This document shows, piece after piece, positions 18,803 to 28,695 of a stretch of DNA of 64,000 nucleotides. The notes under the pieces are model-generated. The model saw nothing but the letters and a program-made list of their open reading frames with translations. It searched no databases and was not told the DNA's origin. The translations under genes and the position numbers were made by a program. The DNA comes from Vitreimonas sp. (GTDB lineage Bacteria; Pseudomonadota; Alphaproteobacteria; Caulobacterales; Aquidulcibacteraceae): NCBI RefSeq assembly GCF_035627415.1, contig NZ_DASPLU010000011.1, positions 24,877 to 88,876 of the forward strand. Reading direction: 5' to 3'. The stretch's first letter is position 1, and every line of letters starts with the position of its first letter.

Positions 18803-19951
18803 GTGATAGTGCGATTGGCTGCCCTGAGCCTTGCCGCGGCGCTCGCTGCGGCGCCCATGGCGAACGCGCAAACCGGCGCGTTCACCACGACGGCTCAGCA
18901 CGTCACCATCATGGACGGCGCCTCCGGCGCGATCCTCTATTGCAACGACTGCCAGACGCCGATGCCGCCCGCGTCGATGTCGAAGATCATGACGGTGCTC
19001 TTGGTCGCCGAAGCGATCGAAGCGGGCCGCATCACTTGGGACACGCGCTATCCCGTAAGTGAGTACGCTTGGCGCAACGGCGCCATGTCAGACGGCTCGC
19101 ACATGTTCTTGCCGCTGAACGCGACCGCGACCGTGCGCGACCTGCTGCGCGGCGCGATCGTCGTCTCCGCCAATGACGCCTGCATTGTGCTCGCCGAGGG
19201 CCTGTTCGGATCGGAAGAGGCCTTCGTCGCCGAGATGAACCGGCGCGCCCAGGCGCTCGGCCTGCGCAGCGCGCGCTTCCGCAACTCGACGGGCCTGCCT
19301 GATCCCGATCACGTCATCAGCTCGGCCGACCTCGCGCGCCTCGCGCGGCACCTCATCGTCACCTATCCGGAAATCTACCGGATCTATTCCGAGCGCGAAT
19401 TCCGCTTCAACAACCGCACCCAACAGAACCGCAATCCGCTGCTCGGCGCCTTCGCCGGCGCGGATGGCGTCAAGACCGGCCACACCGATGCTTCGGGGTA
19501 TGGTTTGGTCGGTTCGGCGGTGCTGAACGATCAGCGCCGCATCATCGTCTTCAACGGCATGCGCTCGATGGCGGATCGGCGCGAGGAAGGCGTCCGCCTG
19601 ATGCGCGCCGCCTTCCACGACTTCACCATCGACCGCGTCGCCGCCGCCGGCGAGCAGGTCGGGGAAGCGCAAGTGCGCCTCGGCTCGCGCCGCACCGTAC
19701 CGCTGGTGGCGCAACGCGACATCGTCATCGGCGGTCCGCGCGGCGTGCAGACCGGGCTCACCGCGCACATCGTCTATAACGGTCCGCTGCGGCCGCCGCT
19801 GCGTGAGGGCGACGTCGTGGCGCGCCTCGTCGTCTCCGGACCTGGCTTCCAGACCCAGGAATTCCCGCTCGCGGCAGGCCGGCGAGTCGGACGCGCCAAC
19901 TGGTTCTCGCGCGCGTTCGAAGGCTTGCGCCTCACGCTGTTCGGCCCTTGA
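18803..19951 (+). CDS. D-alanyl-D-alanine carboxypeptidase (S11, PBP5/6 family)
   Basis: GTG start. Signal peptide [22 protein letters not shown]. Active-site SMSKIMT (SxxK), SANDA (SxN) and KTGHT (KTG) motifs. Confidence 0.9.
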   Translation: MIVRLAALSLAAALAAAPMANAQTGAFTTTAQHVTIMDGASGAILYCNDCQTPMPPASMSKIMTVLLVAEAIEAGRITWDTRYPVSEYAWRNGAMSDGSHMFLPLNATATVRDLLRGAIVVSANDACIVLAEGLFGSEEAFVAEMNRRAQALGLRSARFRNSTGLPDPDHVISSADLARLARHLIVTYPEIYRIYSEREFRFNNRTQQNRNPLLGAFAGADGVKTGHTDASGYGLVGSAVLNDQRRIIVFNGMRSMADRREEGVRLMRAAFHDFTIDRVAAAGEQVGEAQVRLGSRRTVPLVAQRDIVIGGPRGVQTGLTAHIVYNGPLRPPLREGDVVARLVVSGPGFQTQEFPLAAGRRVGRANWFSRAFEGLRLTLFGP

Positions 19952-19958
19952 TAGGGGC

Positions 19959-20591
19959 ATGAGCCCGACGCCGACATCCGGCCGTTTCATTACGCTCGAA
20001 GGCGGCGAAGGCGCCGGCAAGTCGACGCTTGCGCGCGGTCTTGCCGAGGCATTGCGCGGGCAAGGCCATGAAGTGGTGTTGACGCGCGAGCCCGGCGGCG
20101 CGCCGGGCGCTGACGCGATCCGCGCGCTCCTGGTGCAGGGCGAGGCGGGCCGCTGGGACGCCATGGAAGAGGCGCTCCTCTTCGCCGCCGCGCGCCGCAA
20201 TCATCTCAGCCACACCATCCGCCCCGCGCTCGCGCGCGGCGCTTGGGTGATCTGCGACCGCTATTACGACTCGACGCGCGCCTACCAAGTTGCTGCCGGC
20301 GGTCTCGATCCGCGCGCGCTCGACACGTTGACGGCGTTGATCGAAGCGCCAGCGCCCGATCTCACCTTCGTGCTCGATTTTGCGCCCGAGGCTGGACTCG
20401 CGCGCAGCCAGGGCCGCCATGTCGGCGAAGACCGCTTCGAGAAGAAAACCGCCGACTTCCACGCCCGCGTCCGCGCCGAGTTCCTCGCCATCGCCGAGCG
20501 TGAACCGCATCGCTGTGTCGTCATCGACGCCAGCCAGTCCGGAGCCGACGTGCTGGCGCAGGCGCGCGCAGCGCTCGAGGCGCGGCTGTGA
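19959..20591 (+). CDS. tmk: dTMP (thymidylate) kinase
   Basis: Internal ATG 19959: MSPTPTSGRFITLEGGEGAGKST (P-loop), DRYYDST motif. Stop overlaps the holB GTG (GTGA). Confidence 0.93.
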   Translation: MSPTPTSGRFITLEGGEGAGKSTLARGLAEALRGQGHEVVLTREPGGAPGADAIRALLVQGEAGRWDAMEEALLFAAARRNHLSHTIRPALARGAWVICDRYYDSTRAYQVAAGGLDPRALDTLTALIEAPAPDLTFVLDFAPEAGLARSQGRHVGEDRFEKKTADFHARVRAEFLAIAEREPHRCVVIDASQSGADVLAQARAALEARL

Positions 20592-21589
20592 AAGCTGAAA
20601 AGCCAGCTGTCGAAACCGATCGCGAGCCGAACGCGCCGCATCCGCGCGAGACGTTCTCGTTCTTCGGCCACGAGCAGGAAGAGCGGGCGCTCGCCGACGC
20701 GCACCGCAGCGGGCGCATGCACCACGCTTGGCTGCTCGCCGGCACGAAGGGCCTCGGCAAGGCGACGCTGGCGTACCGCTTCGCTCGCGCGGCGCTCGGC
20801 GCGCCCAAGAGCGGCGCACGTCCGTTCGATGTTGATCCCGAAGCCATCATAGCCCGCCGAGTCGCCGCGCTTTCGCATCCCGATCTCTTCGTGCTCCGCC
20901 GCGGCCTCAACGACCGCGGCAAGCCGCGCCGCGAAATCACCGTCGACGACGCGCGCGAGCTCGGCCATTTCTTTTCGCTCGCGCCCTCCGAAGGCGGCAT
21001 GCGCGTGGCCATCATCGACGCGGTCGACGACCTCAACCGCAACGCCGCCAACGCCATCCTGAAGACGCTCGAAGAACCGCCGGCGCGCTCGGTGCTGCTG
21101 CTCGTCTGCCATGCGCCCGGCGCGATTCTGCCGACCATCCGCTCGCGCTGCCGGCGCCTTGCGCTGCGGCCGCAGTCCGACGACATCGTCCGCGCCGCGC
21201 TTGGGCAAAGCGGCGACGACGCGCTCGTCACGCTCGCCAAAGGCCGCCCCGGCCGCGCCATCGCTTACGCTGCCCAAGGCGTTGACGCAAAATTCGCCGA
21301 CGTCCGCCGCGCGCAAATGGCGCTGCAGCACGGCGAAGCCGGCGCCATGCTGTCCGCGCTCTATGACAAAATGAGCGGCGAGCCGTTCGAGAAGCTCGCC
21401 GCTGTGCTCGAGCTCGCCGGCGAATGGACGCGCGCGGCAGGGGTCGAGGAGGGCGGTGAGGGTTGGGCCGAAGCCTGGTCGGCGCTCGAAACGCTGCGCG
21501 GCGAAGCCGAAGGCCTCGACATGGACCCGCGCCACGCGCTCGCCCGCGCCGTAGGCGTGCTTGATCGCGCCGCCGCAGTGCGTAGATGA
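20588..21589 (+). CDS. holB: DNA polymerase III subunit delta prime
   Basis: HAWLLAGTKGLGKATLA (degenerate P-loop), AIIDAVDDLNRNAANAILKTLEEPP and TIRSRC motifs. tmk-holB order is conserved. Confidence 0.88.
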   Translation: MKAEKPAVETDREPNAPHPRETFSFFGHEQEERALADAHRSGRMHHAWLLAGTKGLGKATLAYRFARAALGAPKSGARPFDVDPEAIIARRVAALSHPDLFVLRRGLNDRGKPRREITVDDARELGHFFSLAPSEGGMRVAIIDAVDDLNRNAANAILKTLEEPPARSVLLLVCHAPGAILPTIRSRCRRLALRPQSDDIVRAALGQSGDDALVTLAKGRPGRAIAYAAQGVDAKFADVRRAQMALQHGEAGAMLSALYDKMSGEPFEKLAAVLELAGEWTRAAGVEEGGEGWAEAWSALETLRGEAEGLDMDPRHALARAVGVLDRAAAVRR

Positions 21590-22374
21590 AGCAAGCCATG
21601 CTGATCGACAGCCACGTCAACCTGCACCACCACGCCTACGATGAGGACCGTGAAGCCGTCATCGCGCGCGCCCGCGAAGCCGGCGTCGCCCGCATGATCA
21701 CGATCTGCGACAGGATCGAAAACTTCGACCGCGTCATCGCCATCGCCGAAGCGCACGCCGACATCTACGCCAGCGTCGGCGCGCATCCGCATTATGCGAA
21801 AGATCATCTTGATCTCACGGCGGCGAGGCTCATCGAATTCGGATCGCATCCGAAAGTCGTCGGCGTCGGCGAAAGCGGCCTCGACCAGCACTACAAATTC
21901 AGCCCGCTCGAAGATCAGGTCCAAGTCTTCCGCGCCCACGCGGAAGCGGCGCGCACGCTCGGCAAGACGCTGATCATCCACACCCGCGAAGCCGACCAGG
22001 CAATGGGCGACTTGCTGGAGGAGGAGGCGGGGAAGGGCCCTCTTCGCATCCTGATGCATTGCTACACCTCCGGCGCCGAACTCGCGCGCCGCGCGCTTGC
22101 GCTGGGCGCCTATATCTCGTTCTCCGGCATCATGACGTTCAAGAACGCCGACGACGTCCGCGCCATCGCGATGGAAACGCCGCTCGATCGCATCATCGTC
22201 GAAACCGATTGCCCGTATCTGACGCCGGTGCCCTTCCGCGGCCAACGCTGCGAACCGCATCACGTCGCTTACGTGCAATCGGCCCTGCTCAAACTACGCG
22301 GCGTCAGCGAGGAGGAGGGGAGCGCCCTCCTCGCCGACAACTTCTTCCGCGTGTTTCCCGGCGTGGCGCGATGA
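21586..22374 (+). CDS. tatD: TatD-family metal-dependent hydrolase/DNase
   Basis: IDSHVNLHH, GESGLDQHY, IIHTREA, ILMHCYT and ETDCPYL motifs are typical of TatD. Its start overlaps the holB stop by 4 nt. Confidence 0.92.
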   Translation: MKQAMLIDSHVNLHHHAYDEDREAVIARAREAGVARMITICDRIENFDRVIAIAEAHADIYASVGAHPHYAKDHLDLTAARLIEFGSHPKVVGVGESGLDQHYKFSPLEDQVQVFRAHAEAARTLGKTLIIHTREADQAMGDLLEEEAGKGPLRILMHCYTSGAELARRALALGAYISFSGIMTFKNADDVRAIAMETPLDRIIVETDCPYLTPVPFRGQRCEPHHVAYVQSALLKLRGVSEEEGSALLADNFFRVFPGVAR

Positions 22375-22390
22375 AGTGCGCACGCGTTCC

Positions 22391-22478
22391 GCGTCGCCTT
22401 CGACAAGCTCAGGCTGACGCTGCTAGCTCGCTCCGACGGCAGACCTGGCGTCACGCTGAGCCTGTCGAAGCGCGACGC
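22391..22478. repeat. REP/MITE-like intergenic inverted repeat (~30-bp imperfect arms)
   Basis: Left arm gcgtcgccttcgacaagctcaggctgacgc (22391-22420) against the reverse complement of gcgtcacgctgagcctgtcgaagcgcgacgc (22448-22478). The core cttcgaca(a/g)gctcag..tgacgc belongs to a GC-rich repeat class often seen in alphaproteobacterial intergenic regions. Confidence 0.6.
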
Positions 22479-22516
22479 CACGCACGTACGCAAAAACACG
22501 CAGGGACGCGCCCCTG

Positions 22517-23332
22517 ATGCCCACACTCCGCGTCACCATCCTCGGCTGCGGCTCCTCCGGCGGGGTGCCGCGCGCGACTGGCGATTGGGGCGCGTGCGAT
22601 CCGAACGAGCCGAAGAACCGCCGCTCGCGCTGTTCGCTGTTGCTGCAGCAATGGCGCGCCGAGGCAGGGCCGGCGGAAGAGGCGACCACGGTGCTGATCG
22701 ACACCAGCCCCGATCTCCGCCTCCAGCTCGCCGACGCCAAGCCTGCCCATCTCGACGCCATCCTCATCAGCCACGACCACGCCGATCAGACCAACGGCTT
22801 CGACGACGTCCGCGCCTTCGCGATCAAGCACCGGCGCCAGATCCCGGTCTGGATGGATGAGGCGACCGCGGAGACCTTCATGCGCCGCTTCGGCTACGCG
22901 TTCGAGTCGAAGGGCGGCTACCCGGCGATCGTTCGCCGCGCCGGCGATCTCTCGCCGCTCGCGCCGATTTCGATCGACGGCCCCGGCGGCAAGCTCGAGC
23001 TCACGCCGCTCGATCAGGACCACGGCTTCAGCCGCTCGCTCGGCTTCCGCGTCGGCCCGGTCGGCTACTCGAACGATCTCGTCGACATGCCGCCCGAGAG
23101 TTTCGCCGCGCTCGAAGGCCTCTTGCTCTGGATCGTCGACGCGTTACGCGAGACGCCGCATCCCACGCACGCGCATCTCGGCCGCGCACTCGACTGGATC
23201 GCGCGCCTCAAGCCGAAGCACGCCGTGCTCACGAACATGCACATTGACATGGACTATGCGTCGCTGAAGGCGAGGCTGCCGGTCGGCGTCGAACCTGGAT
23301 ACGATGGCTGGGCGCGCGACTATCCAATCTGA
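22517..23332 (+). CDS. MBL-fold metallo-hydrolase (PhnP/GPP-like)
   Basis: RVTILGCGSSGGVP...ILISHDHADQTNG (HxHxDH-type motif). 271 aa. Confidence 0.85.
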   Translation: MPTLRVTILGCGSSGGVPRATGDWGACDPNEPKNRRSRCSLLLQQWRAEAGPAEEATTVLIDTSPDLRLQLADAKPAHLDAILISHDHADQTNGFDDVRAFAIKHRRQIPVWMDEATAETFMRRFGYAFESKGGYPAIVRRAGDLSPLAPISIDGPGGKLELTPLDQDHGFSRSLGFRVGPVGYSNDLVDMPPESFAALEGLLLWIVDALRETPHPTHAHLGRALDWIARLKPKHAVLTNMHIDMDYASLKARLPVGVEPGYDGWARDYPI

Positions 23333-23373
23333 GTCGCCATCGCTTCCCATAATCTATCTTATGCGAGAACTGC

Positions 23374-24216
23374 ATGCCGGGACAAGCTGCTGATAAAACG
23401 ACGGAAAAGAGCGCCGGAGCCCTCTCCCGAAATGCCTCCGCCACTCAAGCTGTTCTGGATGTGATGGCCCGTCTGCGCGACCGCGAGCACGGCTGCCCGT
23501 GGGACGTGGAGCAAAACTTCCGCACCATCGCGCCGTACACCATCGAGGAAGCCTACGAAGTCGCCGACGCCATCGAGCGCGACGATCTCCCGGCGCTCAA
23601 GGAAGAGCTAGGCGACCTCCTCTTCCAGGTCGCCTTCCACGCCCGCATGGCCGAGGAGCAAGGCGCGTTCGATTTCGCGGACGTCGCCCAAGCGCTCGCC
23701 GACAAAATGATCGAACGCCATCCGCACGTGTTCGCCGAAGCCGGCGACGGCCGCACGGCCGAACAGCAAACCGTCGCCTGGGAGACGCTCAAGGCCGAGA
23801 AGCGCGCCGCCAAGGGCGCGCCCTCGCTGCTGGACGACGTCGCCATGGCCCTCCCCGCCCTCATGCGCGCCGAGAAGCTCACCAAGCGCGCCGCGCGCAT
23901 CAACTTCGATTGGCCGAGTTCGGCAGAAGTGCTGGAGAAGCTCGACGAGGAGCTGGCCGAACTCAAAGCCGCCGAGGCCAGCGGCGATCAGGAGCACATC
24001 GCCGAAGAGATGGGCGACATCCTCTTCGTCATGGCCAACCTCGCCCGCAAACTCAAAGTCGACCCCGAAGAAGCTCTCCGCCGCGCCAACGCCAAGTTCA
24101 CCCGCCGCTTTCAGTACATCGAGCGCGCGCTGGCGGAAGCTGTCCGTACCGGGCCGCAGCCGCTGGATGAGATGGAAGCGCTGTGGCTCGACGCGAAGCG
24201 GGCTGAGAAGAGGTAG
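23374..24216 (+). CDS. mazG: Nucleoside triphosphate pyrophosphohydrolase MazG
   Basis: CPWDVEQNFRTIAPYTIEEAYEVADAIE...ELGDLLFQV, and a second half EEMGDILFVMANLARKL: the tandem MazG domain signature. Confidence 0.92.
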   Translation: MPGQAADKTTEKSAGALSRNASATQAVLDVMARLRDREHGCPWDVEQNFRTIAPYTIEEAYEVADAIERDDLPALKEELGDLLFQVAFHARMAEEQGAFDFADVAQALADKMIERHPHVFAEAGDGRTAEQQTVAWETLKAEKRAAKGAPSLLDDVAMALPALMRAEKLTKRAARINFDWPSSAEVLEKLDEELAELKAAEASGDQEHIAEEMGDILFVMANLARKLKVDPEEALRRANAKFTRRFQYIERALAEAVRTGPQPLDEMEALWLDAKRAEKR

Positions 24217-24219
24217 CGC

Positions 24220-24570
24220 GTGTCGGCCCTTGATTGGAGACCAGCGTTATATTGGCTGGGAGTCGTGGCGCTCTCTGCCTGGCTCGCCTGGGCCAGTTTG
24301 GTCGCACTGCTTTCTCCGCTCTACACCGTCGGCGGCGTTGATGAAGGTTGGTGGCTCGTAGCGTTCCACTGGGCCTGTGTGTCGCTAGCGGCAGGAGTGC
24401 TATTCTTCAGTCTCCGCGCCAAGAGGACCGGAAAGCTCACTATGGGCACGGTGCTATTGTGGGCTACACCCGGCGCAAGCTACGCGATGTGGATCGGCTT
24501 CTACGTATTTTACAATCGCGTGCTCCTGCATTGCGAAGTACCGTGCGGAGGCGTGAGCTTGCCGGGCTAA
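24220..24570 (+). CDS. Hypothetical small membrane protein (about 4 hydrophobic segments), orphan
   Basis: 116-aa ORF with a GTG start 3 nt after the mazG stop. Hydrophobic stretches and several Trp. Appears less GC-rich than neighbours (by eye). No recognisable family. Confidence 0.5.
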   Translation: MSALDWRPALYWLGVVALSAWLAWASLVALLSPLYTVGGVDEGWWLVAFHWACVSLAAGVLFFSLRAKRTGKLTMGTVLLWATPGASYAMWIGFYVFYNRVLLHCEVPCGGVSLPG

Positions 24571-25409
24571 CGCTTCAACGCCCCAAACGGCACGATCTTG
24601 TTCTCTACATCGTGCCCAATATCCGCGCGCCCGAGATACGCGATCCCAGCCTTCTTGCACCAATAACGCACGATCTCTTCTTCGTTCGCGCCGAACGGCT
24701 TGTCGTTCTCCGGTACATCGCTCACGCGCCCAAGCTTGATCCCCTTCACGCTCCGCACATTGGCGGAGGAGGTGATGTGGAAGAGGGCGCGGTCGATGCG
24801 ATAAAGGTACTCCCCCACCTCTTCCAGCATCAGCACATGGCCGCTCAAATCCGGCTCGAGCGGCGTGCCGAGGATCGACTGCAGGATCATGATGTTGAAC
24901 GCCGCCGTCCGCGCATCGAACATCACGCCAAGCTCGACGCTCTCCGGCGCGCGGTCGATCAGCCAGGCGAGGGCCCTCTTCACCGCCCCCTCTCCGCCTG
25001 CCCGCGTCAGGTCCACCGGCATCGGCCCATGCGCCACCGTACCGATGCGATGCTTGTACAAGCCCGCCAGCAGCACGCCGCCGTCGCTGTAGCCGAGATA
25101 GGTTTTCTTACGCGCGTGCTCATTCAGCTGCCCAAGCGCGGCCTCGGCAATCCTGCACGCCCCATAACCGCCGCGCGCGAACCAAATCGCGTCCAGCGTG
25201 GGATCGTTGGCGTATTCGACGAACGCTTTCAGCCGCGCTTCATCGTCGCCGGCGAAATGCCCGGCGCTCTGGAAACATTGCGGATGAACAACGATCTCCG
25301 GCGCGCGATCGAGAAAACTGTCTGTCGCGAACGCCTTAAGCCGCGCGGCCAGCTCCGGCTCGATGCGCGTGCCGGGCGCTACAACGCCAATTCGCATCGA
25401 GGGCGCCAT
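24567..25409 (-). CDS. ldcA: LD-carboxypeptidase (S66, muramoyltetrapeptide carboxypeptidase)
   Basis: RIGVVAPG...[11 protein letters not shown]...YLGYSDGG (nucleophile Ser) is typical of the LdcA/S66 family. 280 aa. Confidence 0.88.
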   Translation of the reverse strand: MAPSMRIGVVAPGTRIEPELAARLKAFATDSFLDRAPEIVVHPQCFQSAGHFAGDDEARLKAFVEYANDPTLDAIWFARGGYGACRIAEAALGQLNEHARKKTYLGYSDGGVLLAGLYKHRIGTVAHGPMPVDLTRAGGEGAVKRALAWLIDRAPESVELGVMFDARTAAFNIMILQSILGTPLEPDLSGHVLMLEEVGEYLYRIDRALFHITSSANVRSVKGIKLGRVSDVPENDKPFGANEEEIVRYWCKKAGIAYLGRADIGHDVENKIVPFGALKR

Positions 25410-25462
25410 GCTGCGTAGATGTCCTTCCGAAAAGCGGCGTTTCTGGTCATAACCGGCGCCCC

Positions 25463-26878
25463 ATGAGTCCGCAAAACATGAGTCAGGCCAAATCCTATTT
25501 CTTCAGCGGTATCGGCGGCTCCGGCATGCTGCCGCTCGCGCTCATCCTGCGCGGGAAGGGCGTGACGGTCGCCGGCTCCGACCGCTCGCTCGACCAAGGC
25601 CGCCTCGGCGCCAAGTTCGAGTACCTCAAAGCGCAAGGCATCGCCCTCTTCCCGCAAGACGGCTCAGGCGTCACCAGCGCCGACCAGATCCTCGTGCGCT
25701 CCGCTGCCGTTGAGGACACGGTCGGCGATGTCGTCGCCGCAAGAAACGTCGGCGCGCGCGACATGAAGCGGCCGGAGCTGCTGGCCGAGCTGTTCAACGC
25801 CGCGCCGGTGCGCATCGGCGTCGCCGGCACCAGCGGCAAGAGCACGACCACCGGCATGATCGCCTGGCTGCTGCATCAGGCCGGCCGCGATCCCACGGTG
25901 ATGAATGGCGCCGTGATGAAGAACTTCGTCACGCCCGACGCACTGTTCGCCAGCGCGCTCGTCGGCAAAGGCGATGCGTTCGTCTCGGAGGTCGATGAAA
26001 GCGACGGCTCGATCGCCCGCTACGAGCCGACCATCGCCGTGCTCAACAACATCGCCCTCGATCACAAGGGCATGGACGAGCTGCGCTCGCTGTTCGCCGC
26101 CTTCGTCAACAAAGCCGAGATCGCCGTGCTCAATCTCGACAACGAAGAAACGGCCGCGCTGCTCATGAAGACCAAGGTCCGCACCCGCACCTACTCATTG
26201 CGTTCCGGCCTCGCCGATCTGCACTGCAGCGACATCCGCCTCGCGCCCGACGGCGTCGCCTTCGACGTGTTGGAGAAAGACACACGTGCTGCCGTCACGG
26301 TCGAACTCGCCGTCCCGGGCGAGCACAACGTCTCCAACGCGCTCGCCGCGCTTTCCGCCGCGCGCGCTTATGGCTTGTCGCTGAAAGAAGCCGCGGACGC
26401 GCTCAAAGGCTTCTCCGGCACGAAGCGGCGGCTGGAAGTCGTCGGCAACGCCGGCGGCGTCACGGTGATCGACGATTTCGCCCACAACCCGGACAAGATC
26501 ACCGCCACGCTCGCTACGCTGCACGCGTTTCCGGGCCGGCTGCTGATCATGTTTCAGCCGCACGGCTTCGGCCCGCTCAAGCTGATGCGCCAGGAATTCA
26601 TCGACTGCTTCGCCAAGCACATGGTCGACGACGACGTCCTCATCATGCCCGACCCGGTCTATTTCGGCGGCACCGTCGAGCGCAGCGTCACCAGCGAACA
26701 CATCGCCGCCGGCGTGCGTCAGCGCGGCCTGCAAGCCCTAGCCTTCGCCGAACGCAACGCCTGCGGCGATAAACTGATCGAACTCGCCGAACCCGGCGAC
26801 CGCATCGTCGTCATGGGCGCGCGGGACGATACGCTGAGTGTGTTTGCGGCTGAGTTGGTGGAACGTCTAAAGCGCTGA
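25463..26878 (+). CDS. Mur-ligase family protein (MurC/Mpl-like)
   Basis: MurC-type N-terminus [32 protein letters not shown]-loop [16 protein letters not shown]. Motifs [10 protein letters not shown] and DDFAHNPDK. Divergent from ldcA. Confidence 0.85.
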   Translation: MSPQNMSQAKSYFFSGIGGSGMLPLALILRGKGVTVAGSDRSLDQGRLGAKFEYLKAQGIALFPQDGSGVTSADQILVRSAAVEDTVGDVVAARNVGARDMKRPELLAELFNAAPVRIGVAGTSGKSTTTGMIAWLLHQAGRDPTVMNGAVMKNFVTPDALFASALVGKGDAFVSEVDESDGSIARYEPTIAVLNNIALDHKGMDELRSLFAAFVNKAEIAVLNLDNEETAALLMKTKVRTRTYSLRSGLADLHCSDIRLAPDGVAFDVLEKDTRAAVTVELAVPGEHNVSNALAALSAARAYGLSLKEAADALKGFSGTKRRLEVVGNAGGVTVIDDFAHNPDKITATLATLHAFPGRLLIMFQPHGFGPLKLMRQEFIDCFAKHMVDDDVLIMPDPVYFGGTVERSVTSEHIAAGVRQRGLQALAFAERNACGDKLIELAEPGDRIVVMGARDDTLSVFAAELVERLKR

Positions 26879-26884
26879 AAGCCC

Positions 26885-26976
26885 GGACCGCCGGCGCCCT
26901 CGCCGGCAACCGATGTTTGACCCCGCACCGCCGCTGCACGTTGAAACGGCGCTGCCGGCGAGGGCGCCGGCGGTCC
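26885..26976. repeat. Perfect 24-bp inverted repeat (each arm also a hairpin) between convergent genes; probable bidirectional terminator element
   Basis: ggaccgccggcgccctcgccggca (26885-26908) is the exact reverse complement of tgccggcgagggcgccggcggtcc (26953-26976). Each arm contains gccggcg-NNNN-cgccggc. Confidence 0.6.
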
Positions 26977-26982
26977 GAGCCC

Positions 26983-28344
26983 CTACTCCGCGGCTGGCCG
27001 AATTTCTTCGGGCAGGGGCTCCAGCGGCGCAAATCGCGCCGCATCTTCCACCAAAAGCTCCGCGCGCAGCGTGTGGTGGCCGTGCTCGTCGGTGCTTTCG
27101 TCCAGAATCTTGCCGACCGAAGCGATCTGCGCGCGCACGCGGCCGCTGTCGTCGGGCGGCAAGGTGAGGGTGATGACGCGCGTCGCCGAGAACGCCGCGC
27201 GATCGATCGCCGCGAGCAGGGCGTCCAGGCCCTCCCCTGTCTCGGCAGAGATCGCGACAGGGGGCAGGGCGCCCTGCCCGTCCCGCTCCGCCGCGACTTC
27301 CGCGCGCCGCAAACGCGCCACCCTTGACGCTTCGTCGAGCAGATCGATCTTGTTCCAAGCCTCCAGCACAGGCGGCATCTTGCGGCCCGCGTCGCTCTCC
27401 AGCTGCGCCAGCACGCTCAGGACGTCGGCCTTCTGATCTTCGCTCTGCGGATGGGCGATGTCGCGCACGTGCACGAGCAGATCCGCCTCGGTCACCGCTT
27501 CCAGCGTAGCGCGGAAAGATTCCACCAGTTCGTGCGGCAGATCGGAGATGAAGCCGACCGTATCGCTCATGATCACTGCGCGCCCACTCGGCAGTTTCAC
27601 TTGCCGCGCCGTCGGATCGAGCGTGGCGAACAGCATGTCGCGCGCCAGCACGCCCGCTTGCGTCAGGCGATTGAACAGCGTCGACTTACCAGCGTTGGTG
27701 TAGCCCACCAGCACCACCGCCGGCAGCCCCGCACGCGCGCGCGCACGCCGCTGCAGCCCGCGCGTGCGGCGCACGTCCTCGAGTTCTTTCTTCAGCCGGA
27801 GGATGCGGTCCGCAATGATCCGCCGGTCGAGTTCGATCTGGGTTTCGCCGGGGCCGCCGGTCTTGCCCAAACCGCCGCGCTGACGCTCCAAGTGCGTCCA
27901 GGTCCGTACCAGCCGCGAGAGCTCGTAGCCCTGCCGCGCCAGTTCGACCTGCAGCTTGCCTTCCTTCGTCCGCGCGCGCAGTCCGAAAATTTCGAGGATC
28001 AGCCCGGTGCGGTCGATCACCTTGGCGCCGGTGTCCGTCTCCAGATTGCGCTGCTGCACCGGCGAGAGCGCGCCATCGACAACGACAACGCCCGCGCCAA
28101 GCTCTTCCGTCTGCTGCTTCAGCCGCTCGACGCGGCCCGAACCGAAATAGGTGCGCGGCGAAATCTGCCGCAGCGGCGCAGCCTCGGCGTTCGCAACCTC
28201 GAGCCCCAGCGCTTGGGCAAGGCCCACCGCTTCCAGCAGCCGCGCCTCGCCGTCGCGCACGCTCTCGTCGGCGCTCGCGAGCGGGCGCAGCACGATGGCT
28301 CGGTTCAGATCTTTCTGAGGCGTCTCAGGCGGATTCGGCTTCAT
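26983..28344 (-). CDS. hflX: GTPase HflX
   Basis: [19 protein letters not shown] (G1), SDTVGF (G3), NKID (G4). Sits directly downstream of hfq. Confidence 0.95.
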   Translation of the reverse strand: MKPNPPETPQKDLNRAIVLRPLASADESVRDGEARLLEAVGLAQALGLEVANAEAAPLRQISPRTYFGSGRVERLKQQTEELGAGVVVVDGALSPVQQRNLETDTGAKVIDRTGLILEIFGLRARTKEGKLQVELARQGYELSRLVRTWTHLERQRGGLGKTGGPGETQIELDRRIIADRILRLKKELEDVRRTRGLQRRARARAGLPAVVLVGYTNAGKSTLFNRLTQAGVLARDMLFATLDPTARQVKLPSGRAVIMSDTVGFISDLPHELVESFRATLEAVTEADLLVHVRDIAHPQSEDQKADVLSVLAQLESDAGRKMPPVLEAWNKIDLLDEASRVARLRRAEVAAERDGQGALPPVAISAETGEGLDALLAAIDRAAFSATRVITLTLPPDDSGRVRAQIASVGKILDESTDEHGHHTLRAELLVEDAARFAPLEPLPEEIRPAAE

Positions 28345-28579
28345 CTACCGCTTTGTCGATCTCGTACAGCTGCACAGGCGCGCCGGGCATAATGGTAGAG
28401 ATGGCGTGCTTGTAGACCAGCTGCACCTGGCCATCGCGGCGCAACAAAACGCAGAAATTGTCGAACCAGGTGACGACGCCTTGAAGTTTGACGCCGTTGA
28501 CCAGGAAGATCGTGAGCGGCGTCTTGGCCTTGCGGACAGCGTTGAGGAACGTGTCCTGGAGGTTCTGTTTCTTATCCAT
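28325..28579 (-). CDS. hfq: RNA chaperone Hfq
   Basis: Internal ATG 28579: [65 protein letters not shown] (Sm1/Sm2 motifs). Confidence 0.97.
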   Translation of the reverse strand: MDKKQNLQDTFLNAVRKAKTPLTIFLVNGVKLQGVVTWFDNFCVLLRRDGQVQLVYKHAISTIMPGAPVQLYEIDKAVDEAESA

Positions 28580-28695
28580 GGGAGCCCCATGCCTTAGTTT
28601 TATGACGCCGCATCGAAGCGCGCGGCTGATTCGAGCTATAGAGCCAGCCGTTACCGGCGCCAACTATCCTGCAAGTCAGACGGGCGTCCGGCGCC

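Noticed and set aside
24348-25418. 356-aa plus-strand ORF
   Set aside because: It is antisense to ldcA, which has the S66 catalytic motifs, and its composition is Arg/His-rich.
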